Positions 42,079 to 53,400 of a DNA stretch of 64,000 nucleotides are shown piece by piece; within the stretch, counting starts at the first letter, position 1, and the number at the start of each line of letters is the position of its first letter. The position numbers were made by a program, and so were the translations under genes. The notes under the pieces are model-generated. The model searched no databases. It saw nothing but the letters and a program-made list of their open reading frames with translations, and was not told where the DNA came from. This DNA is from Cyanidioschyzon merolae (taxonomy: Eukaryota): NCBI GenBank assembly GCA_000091205.1, contig AP006501.2; one strand, written 5' to 3'.

Positions 42079-42348
42079 CATTTTCGCAGCTGGTTCCTGC
42101 ACACCCAAGCGATCCAGAATAGTCGCACCGTCATTCGTGATCAAAACGTCCCCGCGAGCACCTTCGATCATCTTGTCCATGCCTCGCGGGCCGAGGGAGG
42201 TTCGCACCGCGTCCGCCAAGGCTTTCGCCGCAGCGATGTTCGCGACGCGCACATCCCGCGCTTTAGCAGTAGTTGCAGAGGTCGAATTATCACCAGTTCG
42301 TCCCTGTTGTCCCGAACGAATCAAAGCGGTCGCTTGGTGGTTGTTCAT
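42079..42348 (-). CDS. CCT4: T-complex protein 1 subunit delta (CCT4), exon 1
   Basis: ATG at 42348-42346. The 90 aa N-terminal segment ...[51 protein letters not shown] matches human residues 1-90. The exon ends ATG|GTAAGT (plus-strand acttac at 42073-42078). Intron 41713..42078 (366 nt). Confidence 0.9.
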
Positions 42349-42576
42349 TGGCGTCCTATTCGTTCCGCTGCGCTCGAAGAAGAGCGATACACCCCAGCGC
42401 AACGGTACCGCGGAGTACCGCGGCAGGCGCGAATGCCGCGATGGCCTCGGAAGCGCACAGGCGCGCTTCGCAGCGCTGCTGGCGAAATGCACCAGGGAAG
42501 CTGCTTCTGGGGCAGGCACTGGAGCAGTCCACGAGACCTGATAATCAGGCACAGAAGCTCGGTACGAGTCACGTTG
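42349..42576. promoter_or_regulatory. putative bidirectional promoter shared by divergent CCT4 and thioredoxin genes
   Basis: A 228 bp gap between start codons on opposite strands. Inferred from gene arrangement only. Confidence 0.3.
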
Positions 42577-43104
42577 ATGTTTGTACACGCAACGCTTTCC
42601 TTTCCTCGTGGTTTCGTGGGACTCGTGCGTCCATCCGTACAGCGAACGCTTGGTGAGACGTTCAGACGATTTGCGAGTCCAGGGCGTGGAGAGAGACCTC
42701 GCGTGGCGCTGGGAAGAGCGCACCAGGCGCTGCAGAGGCTCGCACGTCGACCGTTATGTGCGCTGGCGGGACGGCAGACTTTCGGTTCCTTCGACGAGAT
42801 GTTGAAGGCAGCGCCAGAACCGGCGCTCGTTGACTTTTACTCGAACACTTGTGGGCCGTGTGTTATGATGGGAAGAACGCTGGATCAGGTCGCTGGTAGG
42901 CTCAAGGCTATTCCCTGTCGGGTCATGAAAGTTGACGTGGACAAGTATCCGTCGATTGCAGACCGTTTCCAGATTCAGGCTCTGCCAACGCTGATTCTAT
43001 TTCGGGACGGCAAGGAGCTGAAGCGCTTTTTAGGCTATCGGGATGGTACCACCCTGGAACAAGAAGTACGCGAAAGTCTCGCCCAGACATCGCCGGCAGC
43101 ATGA
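42577..43104 (+). CDS. thioredoxin (organelle-targeted type)
   Basis: [23 protein letters not shown]...[16 protein letters not shown] has the CGPC active site in thioredoxin-fold context. It is preceded by an R/S-rich ~60 aa presequence. Start moved to the ATG at 42577 because the upstream part of track ORF 42307..43104 overlaps CCT4 exon 1 on the other strand. Confidence 0.75.
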   Translation: MFVHATLSFPRGFVGLVRPSVQRTLGETFRRFASPGRGERPRVALGRAHQALQRLARRPLCALAGRQTFGSFDEMLKAAPEPALVDFYSNTCGPCVMMGRTLDQVAGRLKAIPCRVMKVDVDKYPSIADRFQIQALPTLILFRDGKELKRFLGYRDGTTLEQEVRESLAQTSPAA

Positions 43105-43782
43105 GTCCGAGCCTGCACGCTGAGCTCGGATAGCATCGAGCGTGGCTGATACCAGAGCTCGGAAACGATATGCGGGCGATTCATTCTGAGATCGCGTGTG
43201 GACCCTCGTGGCGTCGCGAAGGATAGGCACACAGAACCTATTCCGAGAGTGCTCGCAAAACACTCGCACACTGCAGCGTGGCCCAAGCACTAGAGCGATT
43301 TCGTTTGGAGCCGTTTTGCGCTCCGGCAAAGTACGCGGGTAAGGACGTGGCTGAAGGCACGGCTGCAAACAGGTTCAGTTGCGTCCGCGCCCCTGTGACT
43401 TGTCGTTTCACCCCAAAGGTCTAACGCAATCTGCGGGAACGGTTGGATTACCGGAATTCGTAGTTCCACTGGACCAGACTTTGTGCGCATACCGTGTGCA
43501 AGTCGTGAGAGATTGATTGATTTTGGATATCACTGAATTTCCTCTGAAAAGAAAGTGTCCGTCGTGAGCCAGTGCCCTTCAGTTTTGAGCGTAAACCACA
43601 TGCAGGCCTGGGCCGCAAACGACCAACAGTCGACTTCATCTCTCGTTTCTATTCATTCGCAAAACAATGATCAGCGCGCAAACGCACACCGCGAGGAGAC
43701 TTCACGTTTGCAGCGCGAGCACCCGGTCCTTCGGGCTTTTTCGAGGATAGACAAATGTCGGTTTTTTCGTGTTGGTTGAAAC

Positions 43783-44949
43783 CTAGAGCTTACTGATAAT
43801 GGCTTGCGTGTACTCGGAGCACAAAGCCTTGCCTCCCAGATCACGCGTACGTACCTGACCCTCGCGCAGGACCGTGTAAATAGCATGCTCAATACGATTC
43901 GCGTGTTCCTGCAATCCCATGTCACGGAGCAGAAGAACGGCTGAAAGCAGCAAGGCGGTCGGATTCGCAAGGTCCTTTCCCGCAATGTCCGGCGCTGTTC
44001 CGTGCACGGCCTCTGCCAAAACGGTGTGCTCGCCCTTGTTCAGGGATGCCGTCAGCCCAAGGCCACCTACGAGTCCCGCAGCCAGATCGCTGATGATGTC
44101 ACCCGCAAGATTGGTCAAGACGAGGACGTCGTAGCGTTCTGGCTGGCTGATCAAGTACCCGGAACAGAGCTCAATCAATGCTTCTTTGAACTCGATATCC
44201 GGGTATTCGGCTGCAATGCGTCGGCAGCAATCCAAGAACATGCCGTCGCTTAGCTTCAGAACCGATGCTTTGTGGATCGCCGTAACGCGACGACGTTTGT
44301 TCTGGCGAGCGAACTCGAACGCGAAACGGGCAACGCGTTCACTCGCAACACGCGTGATAACTTTCAGAGATTCCACGACGCCGGGCACCACCTCGTGCTC
44401 AAGGCCAACGTACTCGCCCTCTGTGTTCTCGCGAATAATCACAACATCAACGGCTGGGAATTTCGTTTGGATGCCCGGGATTGTGCGACAGGGGCGAACG
44501 TTCGCATAGAGGCCGAGCGCCTGACGCAGCGTCAAGTTCAGGGATTTGTGACCCTTGCCGATGGGCGTCTCCAGCGGCCCCTTGATGCCGTAGCCGAGGC
44601 GGCGGATGGAATCCAGAACATTGCTCGGAATGAGATCTTGACCTGGAACCACGTTCTTCGTGCTAATGGGATACTCTTCCCACTGAATGGGAACACCTGC
44701 AGCCGCAAGTACCTTCTTAACCGCATCGGATATCTCCGGACCAATGCCGTCCCCCGGAATAAGAGCAACCGTGCGCATCGTGTTCGCCGTCGAGAGCGTC
44801 CTCCAATGGTGTCGTCTCGCGAGCCCAGCATGTCCTTCGCTAGTCGCAGCTCTTATCGGAGAGCCCTCCAGGCCGTGCCGCCACCTGGCCACGAAGGCAC
44901 GTTGGGCGCAAGCGCGCAAGCAGGTCAACGTGCGCTGCAAAGTCCGCAT
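43783..44949 (-). CDS. NAD-dependent isocitrate dehydrogenase subunit (IDH3-type), mitochondrial
   Basis: RTVALIPGDGIGPEIS...IKGPLETPIGKGHKSLNLTLRQALGLYANVRPC...ENTEGEYVGLEH...NLAGDIISDLAAGLVGGLGLTASLN aligns across the isocitrate/isopropylmalate dehydrogenase fold. N-terminal R-rich presequence. Confidence 0.88.
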   Translation of the reverse strand: MRTLQRTLTCLRACAQRAFVARWRHGLEGSPIRAATSEGHAGLARRHHWRTLSTANTMRTVALIPGDGIGPEISDAVKKVLAAAGVPIQWEEYPISTKNVVPGQDLIPSNVLDSIRRLGYGIKGPLETPIGKGHKSLNLTLRQALGLYANVRPCRTIPGIQTKFPAVDVVIIRENTEGEYVGLEHEVVPGVVESLKVITRVASERVARFAFEFARQNKRRRVTAIHKASVLKLSDGMFLDCCRRIAAEYPDIEFKEALIELCSGYLISQPERYDVLVLTNLAGDIISDLAAGLVGGLGLTASLNKGEHTVLAEAVHGTAPDIAGKDLANPTALLLSAVLLLRDMGLQEHANRIEHAIYTVLREGQVRTRDLGGKALCSEYTQAIISKL

Positions 44950-47900
44950 TTTTCAAGGTCAGTGCCGATCCAGTGATATCCTCGAAAGCGAGCTTGGTCA
45001 GATGATCTGCGCTATGGACACCGACAGGGAAAAATAGTAATGCGTTTGCAGCGCTAAACTATTGACGTAGAGCAGATCGTCTCAGAAAGAACGCCTCCTG
45101 GGCACTCGGTTTCACGTTCTATGAGGTGCAGCGCTATGCGCACGCTTAAGTTATGGTGACTTGAGCGTCCAGGTTCACACTGATCTGCCAAGAACAGTTT
45201 CACAGAACAATACGTGCAACCGCAGTTCTTTGGGGTAAAGAAAGCGTTGCCCCTCAAAAGCACCTATACGTACCGTCTCGGAACGGTGGACGCTATCCCG
45301 CCTGCCGATAATAACCACACACTCAGGAAAACACTGGCTCGCGGAGAAGATCCGACACACACACACACACCCGCTGCCCAAAGAAAAGCGCGTATCGTCT
45401 GTTGAACAAGTCGCGCACGTACAACCCGCGTGCACGCATTCGATACGCGAAGCGCTGCATGGATCTTCGCCCTGCCAGTCGGGGGTGTATGTTGGATAAT
45501 CTTCGAGCTTGATCAGGGATACCTGTGCTAGGCTCTGGTGCTTTTTTCCAGCGTATGCGGCTGGCGATACACTGCATGCGTTTACGAGTCGAGCCTCCAC
45601 AGCGCCGGCGCATGCGCGTCCACGGAGGTGCATGCGTGTCGGGGTTGCATGTGCGTTACACGTACACCCTTGCGCGACGACGTCCATGGGCGTCTACGGT
45701 AGGCGTGCATTCAGGGAGCTTGCGTATTTATCTGCATATCAAAGTTAAACTGGAACAGGTGGACTTGCGAACTCGAGGGTACACGCTGACGTTTGCATCA
45801 CGTCGTACTGTCCTTCAAAACAGAGTGTGCGGGATTTCGTTGGGACTGCTCCTGTTTCCTGTCGCTTACATCCAGCTGTGAACAGGCCGGATTTTTTTTC
45901 TAGAAGCGATCGATGCGATATCCAAAGTCCATGGCCGTGGCCATTTCGCATCTCAACCGCAGCAATGGGAGCCAATCGGGAGGAATCCGCTTTAGAGGTA
46001 TGGTGCAGGTGCGGAACTCCTTTTCGCTGATGACCGAAAAAGCGAGGAGGAATTGTCTTCGGGACGGCATCCATTATTTGACATGACAAGTTCAGTGAAG
46101 TTTCGGCATGATCTTGTGGAGAAACCGGCCAGGGGTGACGTCGAGTTTTTCGTTTTCATTTTCAATCCAGTTGCGCTGGCTGCTGCGTCCGCGAGTTGCC
46201 TCGCAACAGCAGGATCGGAAACTTGTACAGTGCGGCATTCGAATATGTGACACGTAAAGCAGCGGAGAAGCGTAGAGCATTGCACCTATGCATTGAATAA
46301 AGACATCAATGAAATTACGAGACTTTGTCGGAAGGTGTCGCAAATGACCCTGATTCCGGTGACGTAACGGATTCCAGCGGTATGGCGAGGAAGCGGCTAC
46401 CCCGGAGAAAAAAACGACCGAGAATCCCAAGACTTTGCGTACATCCATAAGCCGTTATTGTTGCGCTTCAAATGACGAGACCGAACGTCTGAGAAAAATT
46501 CGAAAAATCGAAATACAGAAACAGAGCGAGCAGTTCAGTGTTCCATTTCCATCCGCCGCAAGTGGAGATGAACAAATGCGCTCATTTGCGGGTGATCACG
46601 GTGCGAGACATCCAGCCGGTTTGGTGTAGGTTTCGCGAAACCCGCACGAACGAAAGCAAGCTACTGTGATTAGCTGGAGCGTTCGAATTCCTCACTGAGT
46701 AGCGATTTGCCGTGTTTCTCGACAGCATTTCATTCCACGATGGCCGTCGAATCGAGCACGTCCGATAAGACCTTCTCCGCTGCTCGATTCTCAGTGCACC
46801 ATTCTTCCAAGAATAGAACCCTTCTCTTTCCGGAATCCGTCTCCACGCAGGTCACTAGTTTCTGTCAGCGCGGCGTGCCCACTGCTGTGACACGGGGAAC
46901 AACGCTCCATGCTGCGGCTCCATGTTTTTGACATTCCCCGTACCGATTCTTTCGACCATGCCGAGCACGCAGATTTTCAACGATGGACTCAGCGTCGGAT
47001 TCGAGAACTATAAGGAATATCCAGTATGGCGCAGTAAAGTAATGAGCTTTCGATGAAATGGTAGGTAAGCGTCCTCCTGCTTCGGGGACAAGGTCTAGAA
47101 TTCATCTTTGGTGCTGCAGCTTCCGCAAAAAGCGCGCATGCCATGATTGTCCAGGGACTGTAGACCTGCCAATTCTTACGGTCTTACAAGTCAATTTTGT
47201 TTCCGTACTGCCAGATATCATCGAATGCTTTTTCGCAGTGTATAGCAGGAAATCGAATTCGCGATTCAACGCACCGTATACATCGGAGAAGAATTGCCTC
47301 CAGGATATATATTCTTTACTGAACAGAGCGAGCAGGACTACGCCCCTTCTTCAGGTCAGTCATACTATAGTTCTCTCATGATTGAAGAGCACTGAAAGAT
47401 ACAAATAGATGCACTTTGCCCCAAAAACCGATATTCTGACAGCGTGCCTGCTGTCAGTATGCAATATACGACACCGTGATCACTTTCTGGGGAACGCAAA
47501 AGCGAAGATCGTGGTCACCACGGGCGTCTGCACAGTTCAATAGCTTGTTCGTGTAGTCCTGGAAACACTGAAATACAGTTGCAAAAGAGTCCAGGTTCAC
47601 GCATGGCCATCTTCCACCGAAATTGCAGCAACTAGCGCGTTCCCCGGAACTCACTGCCGAATCTCGTGCTACCGCAGACATTCCATCGAGAAGCGGTCTG
47701 GACTGAGGCTTCAGTGTGGACCCTGTTCGGGAGACGACGGCACGCCTGGGCTGGCGGCGTCTGTTGCTTTGCACGACAGGCGAAGAGGTATCGTTCTATT
47801 CGGGAGACGGTCTCATCAGGCGGGGGGCGGACCACGCCAAAACACACGCTGGATAGCGGCAACTGAGGCGTGCTCGGCTCGCAACCAGCGTACGCCCACA

Positions 47901-48218
47901 GCACGTTGTCGCGTACGTTGAGCGCTGGACACTCGTCGGCGCGAGACTTGACCTTTGGACGCTCGTGTGTGGACCGCTACCCACCGACTAGACAGTTCGT
48001 CTGGTCGTGGGTCGGAAAGCAACGTGCGTACTGCGTACCGACGCGGCTACGTGCAGACAGTTGCAAGCGTTCTCGTAAGCGCTTGCGGGGTCAGAGGCAG
48101 CCGTTTCATCCCCGGCTTTTTAGTCACAAAAAAACTTTACGTTTTGAAGAGGAGGAGGGGTAGGATCCAAGAACGTGTCTGGTACAACTAAAGCCGTCCT
48201 GTTACCAGCGAATCCAAA

Positions 48219-49628
48219 TTGATCACGTACAGCTTGATGGAAGCGAGGAAGCGAGCACGCTTTCTCGAGCGCGTGGCCAAATATGGCTTTCCGTGTGTGC
48301 TGTGCCCTCATCGTGGCGGTGCGCTGAAACCGCTCACAGCATCATCGACTACCGAGCATGAAAACGAGCCCGAACACGTGACTGGTGCGTCGAAGCCGTG
48401 CTTGCCGGTCTCTACTCCAGAGACAGAGAAGCACGACCCCGACGCAGTGCAGCGCCGTTCGCAAGCATCGAGATGGGAGCACCAGGATCCGCGCTTTGCC
48501 CACGTTGCATGCCTGTACTGGCTCCTAGCGAAGCCAAAGGCAGATGAAACTGTCGCAACCAGCGTACAGCGATTGCTCGAAGAGTTAGCAGCCAGCGAGG
48601 ATCCGTGTCTAACACAACGCATTCGAGCGAATGCGGCAGTACGCTGCATTGTCTGCAAGCAGCGGGGCGTAGGTCTCTGTATGCGCTGTAATGCCCCGTC
48701 TTGTGATGTTGGATACCATATTACGTGCGCACAGCGCGCCCAGTTATTCATGGATGTGCATACGCACCAAAGCCTGTGCCCCAAGCACACGCAACTACGG
48801 GTCATTGCCGAAACAGGAAACGCGCTTTTGTTGTCAACGAAGACATCAGGAGGCATTGCCCCGGAAGGGATACCGCCCCGACAACGACGAGGTCGATCGT
48901 CGCGGACCGAGTTACAGCACCGCCACCTGAGCGTACATGATGCCCCAGACAGAACGCGGATGACAGTGCGCGTGCCGCAAAGTATCGAGCTGGGCTTTCT
49001 GCCGACTCGCGTTGACGCTGTGCCGCTTTCCGAAGCTGCAGAATGCTACGCAAACCTTCGCCAATGCCGGCAAAGTCTGGAACACCTACGCACGCTTGCG
49101 GACTTGGTTTGGCGGCGAGAGTCCATGAAACTGGGCCATACCGAGGTTTTCTTCAAGCTTCTGAGGCGATCCATTGCAGCGTTTCTTGCTACCGAGCGCA
49201 TACTAGGTCACGACGCCTCGGCTGCTGCAGAGCTGGTGTCTGCAGCGCGGCTCGCGGAAGCATCGAATACTGATAGTCATGGCAACTCCGCAACTACCGA
49301 GGATGTTGTCGTCAGAAGGCCACGTCGCCGCGGTCGCCGAGCGCGTCAACCTATGCCCTCCAGCGTACGAGAACGAAACGAGTCACCAGCAGTGCAGACT
49401 TGCCTGGACGCATCCTCGCCGACGTTTCCGCGTGCCGAGGCTGCGGTGCCAACAAGCGATAGTCCGATGGACGAGTCGGAGGCTGCTGGCTGTTCTGAAG
49501 AAGCACGGCCAGCAGCAGGCGTCGGCATGCCACCGTCGCTTCGCTTTTCGGGTTTCGTTGAGAACGCGCTTCGTGTTGCCGGGGCGGCCTTTCGGTTTAG
49601 CAGAGGAAACGGTAAACAAGACACGTAA
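48219..49628 (+). CDS. extended-PHD (zf-HC5HC2H) finger protein
   Basis: GFPCVLCPHRGGALKPL...RFAHVACLYWL...CIVCKQRGVGLCMRCNAPSCDVGYHITCAQRAQ is the C2HC + PHD-like module seen in BRPF/JADE/AF10. The rest is low-complexity. Confidence 0.68.
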   Translation: MITYSLMEARKRARFLERVAKYGFPCVLCPHRGGALKPLTASSTTEHENEPEHVTGASKPCLPVSTPETEKHDPDAVQRRSQASRWEHQDPRFAHVACLYWLLAKPKADETVATSVQRLLEELAASEDPCLTQRIRANAAVRCIVCKQRGVGLCMRCNAPSCDVGYHITCAQRAQLFMDVHTHQSLCPKHTQLRVIAETGNALLLSTKTSGGIAPEGIPPRQRRGRSSRTELQHRHLSVHDAPDRTRMTVRVPQSIELGFLPTRVDAVPLSEAAECYANLRQCRQSLEHLRTLADLVWRRESMKLGHTEVFFKLLRRSIAAFLATERILGHDASAAAELVSAARLAEASNTDSHGNSATTEDVVVRRPRRRGRRARQPMPSSVRERNESPAVQTCLDASSPTFPRAEAAVPTSDSPMDESEAAGCSEEARPAAGVGMPPSLRFSGFVENALRVAGAAFRFSRGNGKQDT

Positions 49629-49773
49629 CCCCTCAGTTGACCGAGTGACTGGAGCATGACACGACGCGAGATCATCACGCTAGATCAAGCGACTGGCCTG
49701 CTCGCGTGACCTATACCCCAGAACAGCACGGTGTTCGTGGAGTGGCCATACTCCGCGGTATGCGTATGGATTG

Positions 49774-49793
49774 GTGTGTGTGTGTGTGTGTGT
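49774..49793. repeat. (TG)10 microsatellite
   Basis: Direct read ttggtgtgtgtgtgtgtgtgtgtgttgg. Confidence 0.9.
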
Positions 49794-50429
49794 TGGAGCG
49801 GGTTCCGGAGCCATAGGAAAGCAGCCAACGCCTTAGGTTACCTGCACTTGCACAATCTCGAAAACGCAACGCCATCCTCGAGGACTCGTCACCGCCGAAA
49901 GACAGTGCTGAGCTGTCAGTGAAAAGCCAGCGCTACTTGCGGACGCTTCGGGGTCAGGTGTCATGCGCCGCTTCCACTACTACCACTCGTCGTTCTGCTG
50001 CTGCGATGATGTCGAGTTTGGCTGGCGCTATTCAGACGCTTACGCATCCAAGCACTAGCCTCGGAGAGGAGCGCTCGCGAGCTCGACCGCCACGCGGCTT
50101 AGGTTTGCGTCTCTACACGCACGCACACTCCAAGGCGCTAACCAAATACCTTGCAATAGGGAGCACCGGTGTCAAGGCGTGCTTGCCACATAGACCGGTT
50201 TTGGTGAACGCAACGCTGCTGCCGTTGCCCCCCGACGTCGCGAAGCAGCTACGTCTGCGCAGCACAGGCGACTTGTTCAGGAATACGCAGCGGGAAGACG
50301 TGTGCACACTCGTGCGCCTCGTGTATCTCGCAAAGTGATGCATCACCCGAGCAACAGAAGCAGCAGGCGTCACAGCAGTACCTGGGGCACTTTACGCGTT
50401 ACAAGAACTCTACTGAGAGGTCTCCTGGT

Positions 50430-53400
50430 TTACGGCAGGACGGGTGCGTTAGCCTCAAGGTGGAGCAGCACCTGGCAGGCGTCACAAAACCAGTCGCCTG
50501 CGGGGATTTCGGTGACACCATAGCATTGCTGGTGGACACCAACACCGCATCGATCACAGAGGATAATATCGTTTTCCTTTCCATCGCAGTCACCGTCTCC
50601 ACAGACATCGCAACGCGCATTCATAGCAAGAAGCATTCGTGCATCGCTCGGCAAACTGACGGTAGCTTCAGTTGCACCGGATAGACTGTCCATGAGACGC
50701 CGATGCGGTGCTATCGCGCGAGCACGTTCCAGCTGATGCAAGGCGAGGTCTGCTTCGACTTCGGCAAGCGTTTGTGGTGGACACGAGTCCAGATTCGCGA
50801 GACCGCCATGGCGAATTGCCGGTGGAGCTGGTGCAGAGGCGGCAACCGCAGGAGCTTCGCGCTTCAAGCCACGCACTCGGATGCTTGTGGAGTCCATCAC
50901 GCTACCGTAACGCCGGATTCCACTGATTTGGTTCAAACGCTGGATGTGCGCTTCGAGTTCACGTTCGGAGGCGGCAAGTTGCGCGCGCTCGGCCTGATCT
51001 GTCTTGGAGCGCTCCAGTAACAAAAGCCGATACGCGTGATTCTCTGCGTTCACGCGTTGCAATGCTTCCCATTTGGCGCGCAGCAGGCATTCCAATGACG
51101 ACGACGATGATGATGATGATGATGACGACGACGACGACGACGCTGGAGACGAACCGAATGTTCCTGGGGTGGCATCGGGAGCCAGGAAAGTCGCCGCGCC
51201 AGCAGGCGATGCAGGCGGCACCAAGCGGTACCCGAGCAGCACGAGATCGTTCTGTGCTGAAGACGGTGTTTCAGGGGCACCAGAAAGGTTTTGTTTCTGC
51301 CAACGATAGGCGCCCTCAATCGCCAAGCCACTCTGGTCGAGCACCAGCCGAAAGTGAAGTGCGGATAACGTGCTATCCGCATTCGGTGGTTGCTTCCGCA
51401 TGCGCTTCCGTGGAGCTCCTGCCAGTTCCGGAGACTCGTCATCGGCGTGATCGTCTTCGCCATGGACCCAGCTGCTGCTTGTGGGGTCGTCCAGTTGCTC
51501 CCAGCGAGCGTGGCTGCTCAGCCAGTTCAAGGTATCCGTCGCACTGAGCGCGTCCTGGCTGACAGTACCTGGTGGAGCGCCTCCTTGGGGCGACGACGGT
51601 ATCGATTGCCCGGTGACTGCATCCGGTTTCTCCATACTGTGTAGCATGTTCTGTTGCGAGAGCATTTCTTCAACGCTGCTTATGACGGCGGCGAGCCTCT
51701 CAAACGCAGACAACCCACGAATACCTCTTCCAACGGCGCCACGACTTGTCTCGAAGGTGGCCGCAACGCGGTTGAAACGACAGAGCGCATCGTAGAGTTT
51801 GCGGCTCATACTTTTGCAAAGACATGCCTGGCACGAGAAACCGTTGCTGTGAATGTGCCTCATGCGCTGCTTTGCTTTCTCGAAAGTTTCCAGACCAGCC
51901 ATGGTCCGCATACGAAGCAAGCGCAAGTAGGCACGCAATTCGTTGCGCCGATGCAACTCTCGTAGTTTCTTCAGTGACGGGCTCGCTTCCCAGTATGTCG
52001 ATTCCCGCGAACTGGAGTGCTGAGCATCTTTCACGGCGCGGTGGACGACTTCTTCCGCAACATTCGTGCGCTGGGCGGAAGCAGAAATTCGGTGTAGAGC
52101 GCTTTGCGTATGTTCACGACACAGACAAACGGCTACGATGGAGCCGCGCTTCTCCAGGACATGCCTGTCCACAACCTGCACTAGTTCCGTCTTTTGCAGA
52201 AGTTTTCGTAAAGACTCGCGTTCACCGATGAGAAACAGATACCCGGCTCGTCGCCCACAACTCGCATGAAAGGCTGCGCTGCAGTGCAGCCAGTGGCAGC
52301 GAACAACGCCACCACAACCCGTTGATTTGTGACAAATGACGCAACGGAGATGCCGCCGCTGCACCGGAATCTCGTCAAGGCCGAGAATAGGTTCCATTTC
52401 GCGTATTTCGCCAATAGTTGTATCCGGAGCGCAAAGCGCACAGAAAATATGGGCCCATTCGCCATTCAGGCCCGGCTTGAGGGCGCCCGCAGCGGCACCG
52501 CAGAGCGAGCAGCGGATGCTTCTGCGAAGAATCGATGCTGCTCGGCGCGAGGGTGCGTTCATGTACGTTTGCTGACATGGCCGACATAGCCAATTGAAAT
52601 CCACGGTGTCGTTTTGGGTCACTGAATCCGCTTGAATTCCGTAACACATCTGATGCACGACCGTTCCACAACCATTGCAACGCCACAGTCGGTTCTCCGG
52701 CGAATATTCGTCCGACATGCATACGTCGCATGACCTTTCAGCGACCTCGACTGGGTGGTTGTCTCTTGCCTGCTTCAGTTCAGTACCCGCCATTTCAGTT
52801 ATGCTAACCTGCTTACTTCGTGGAAAGAGTGCATGCGCGTTGAAAAAGACCGCATGGGTGAAGGCGCTTCCAGAGCGTTCCGAACCGAGCCACGACTCAG
52901 TGGCTTCATAGCCCACACTGCCGCCACTCGCATTGCCGCCGCCACTGCAGCGAGCTGTCTCCAACCGGAATCGCATGTTTGGTGCCGGCTCGTCAGGGCG
53001 GCTATCTTGCTCCGCATGGAGCCGAAGGTTCAGGCGAGACTGCTGTGCTCGGAGTCGGCTCTGGAGGAGGCAAGTTTCACAAACGATACCCCGACGGTGA
53101 TCGTGTTTCGCACGTGTCGTCGTCCCCAAGAGCTGAAGCGTCTCTGTGGCCGACGCAGCTGGCATCTTGGGCTCATTCAAAATTCGTCTCGCATGCCCCG
53201 TGGCTTGAACAAGCTCATGAGCATCCTCCGTGAGCCATTTCCAAAGATACGGTACATCGGCGGGGCTTGCGAGCAGTGCATTCTGCATATCTGAGGAAGC
53301 CAATGGGATCTGAATGATCTGGAGGTCGGTCGCGTCCAAGGATTTGAAGCAAAGGCTCACTGGTTGCCATTTCCAGAGTTCCTCACAGCTCGAGGGCCAG

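Noticed and set aside
42307-42576. Upstream 90 codons of track ORF 42307..43104 as part of the thioredoxin gene
   Set aside because: This segment overlaps CCT4 exon 1 on the opposite strand and has no thioredoxin similarity. The ATG at 42577 begins a plausible presequence directly upstream of the CGPC domain.
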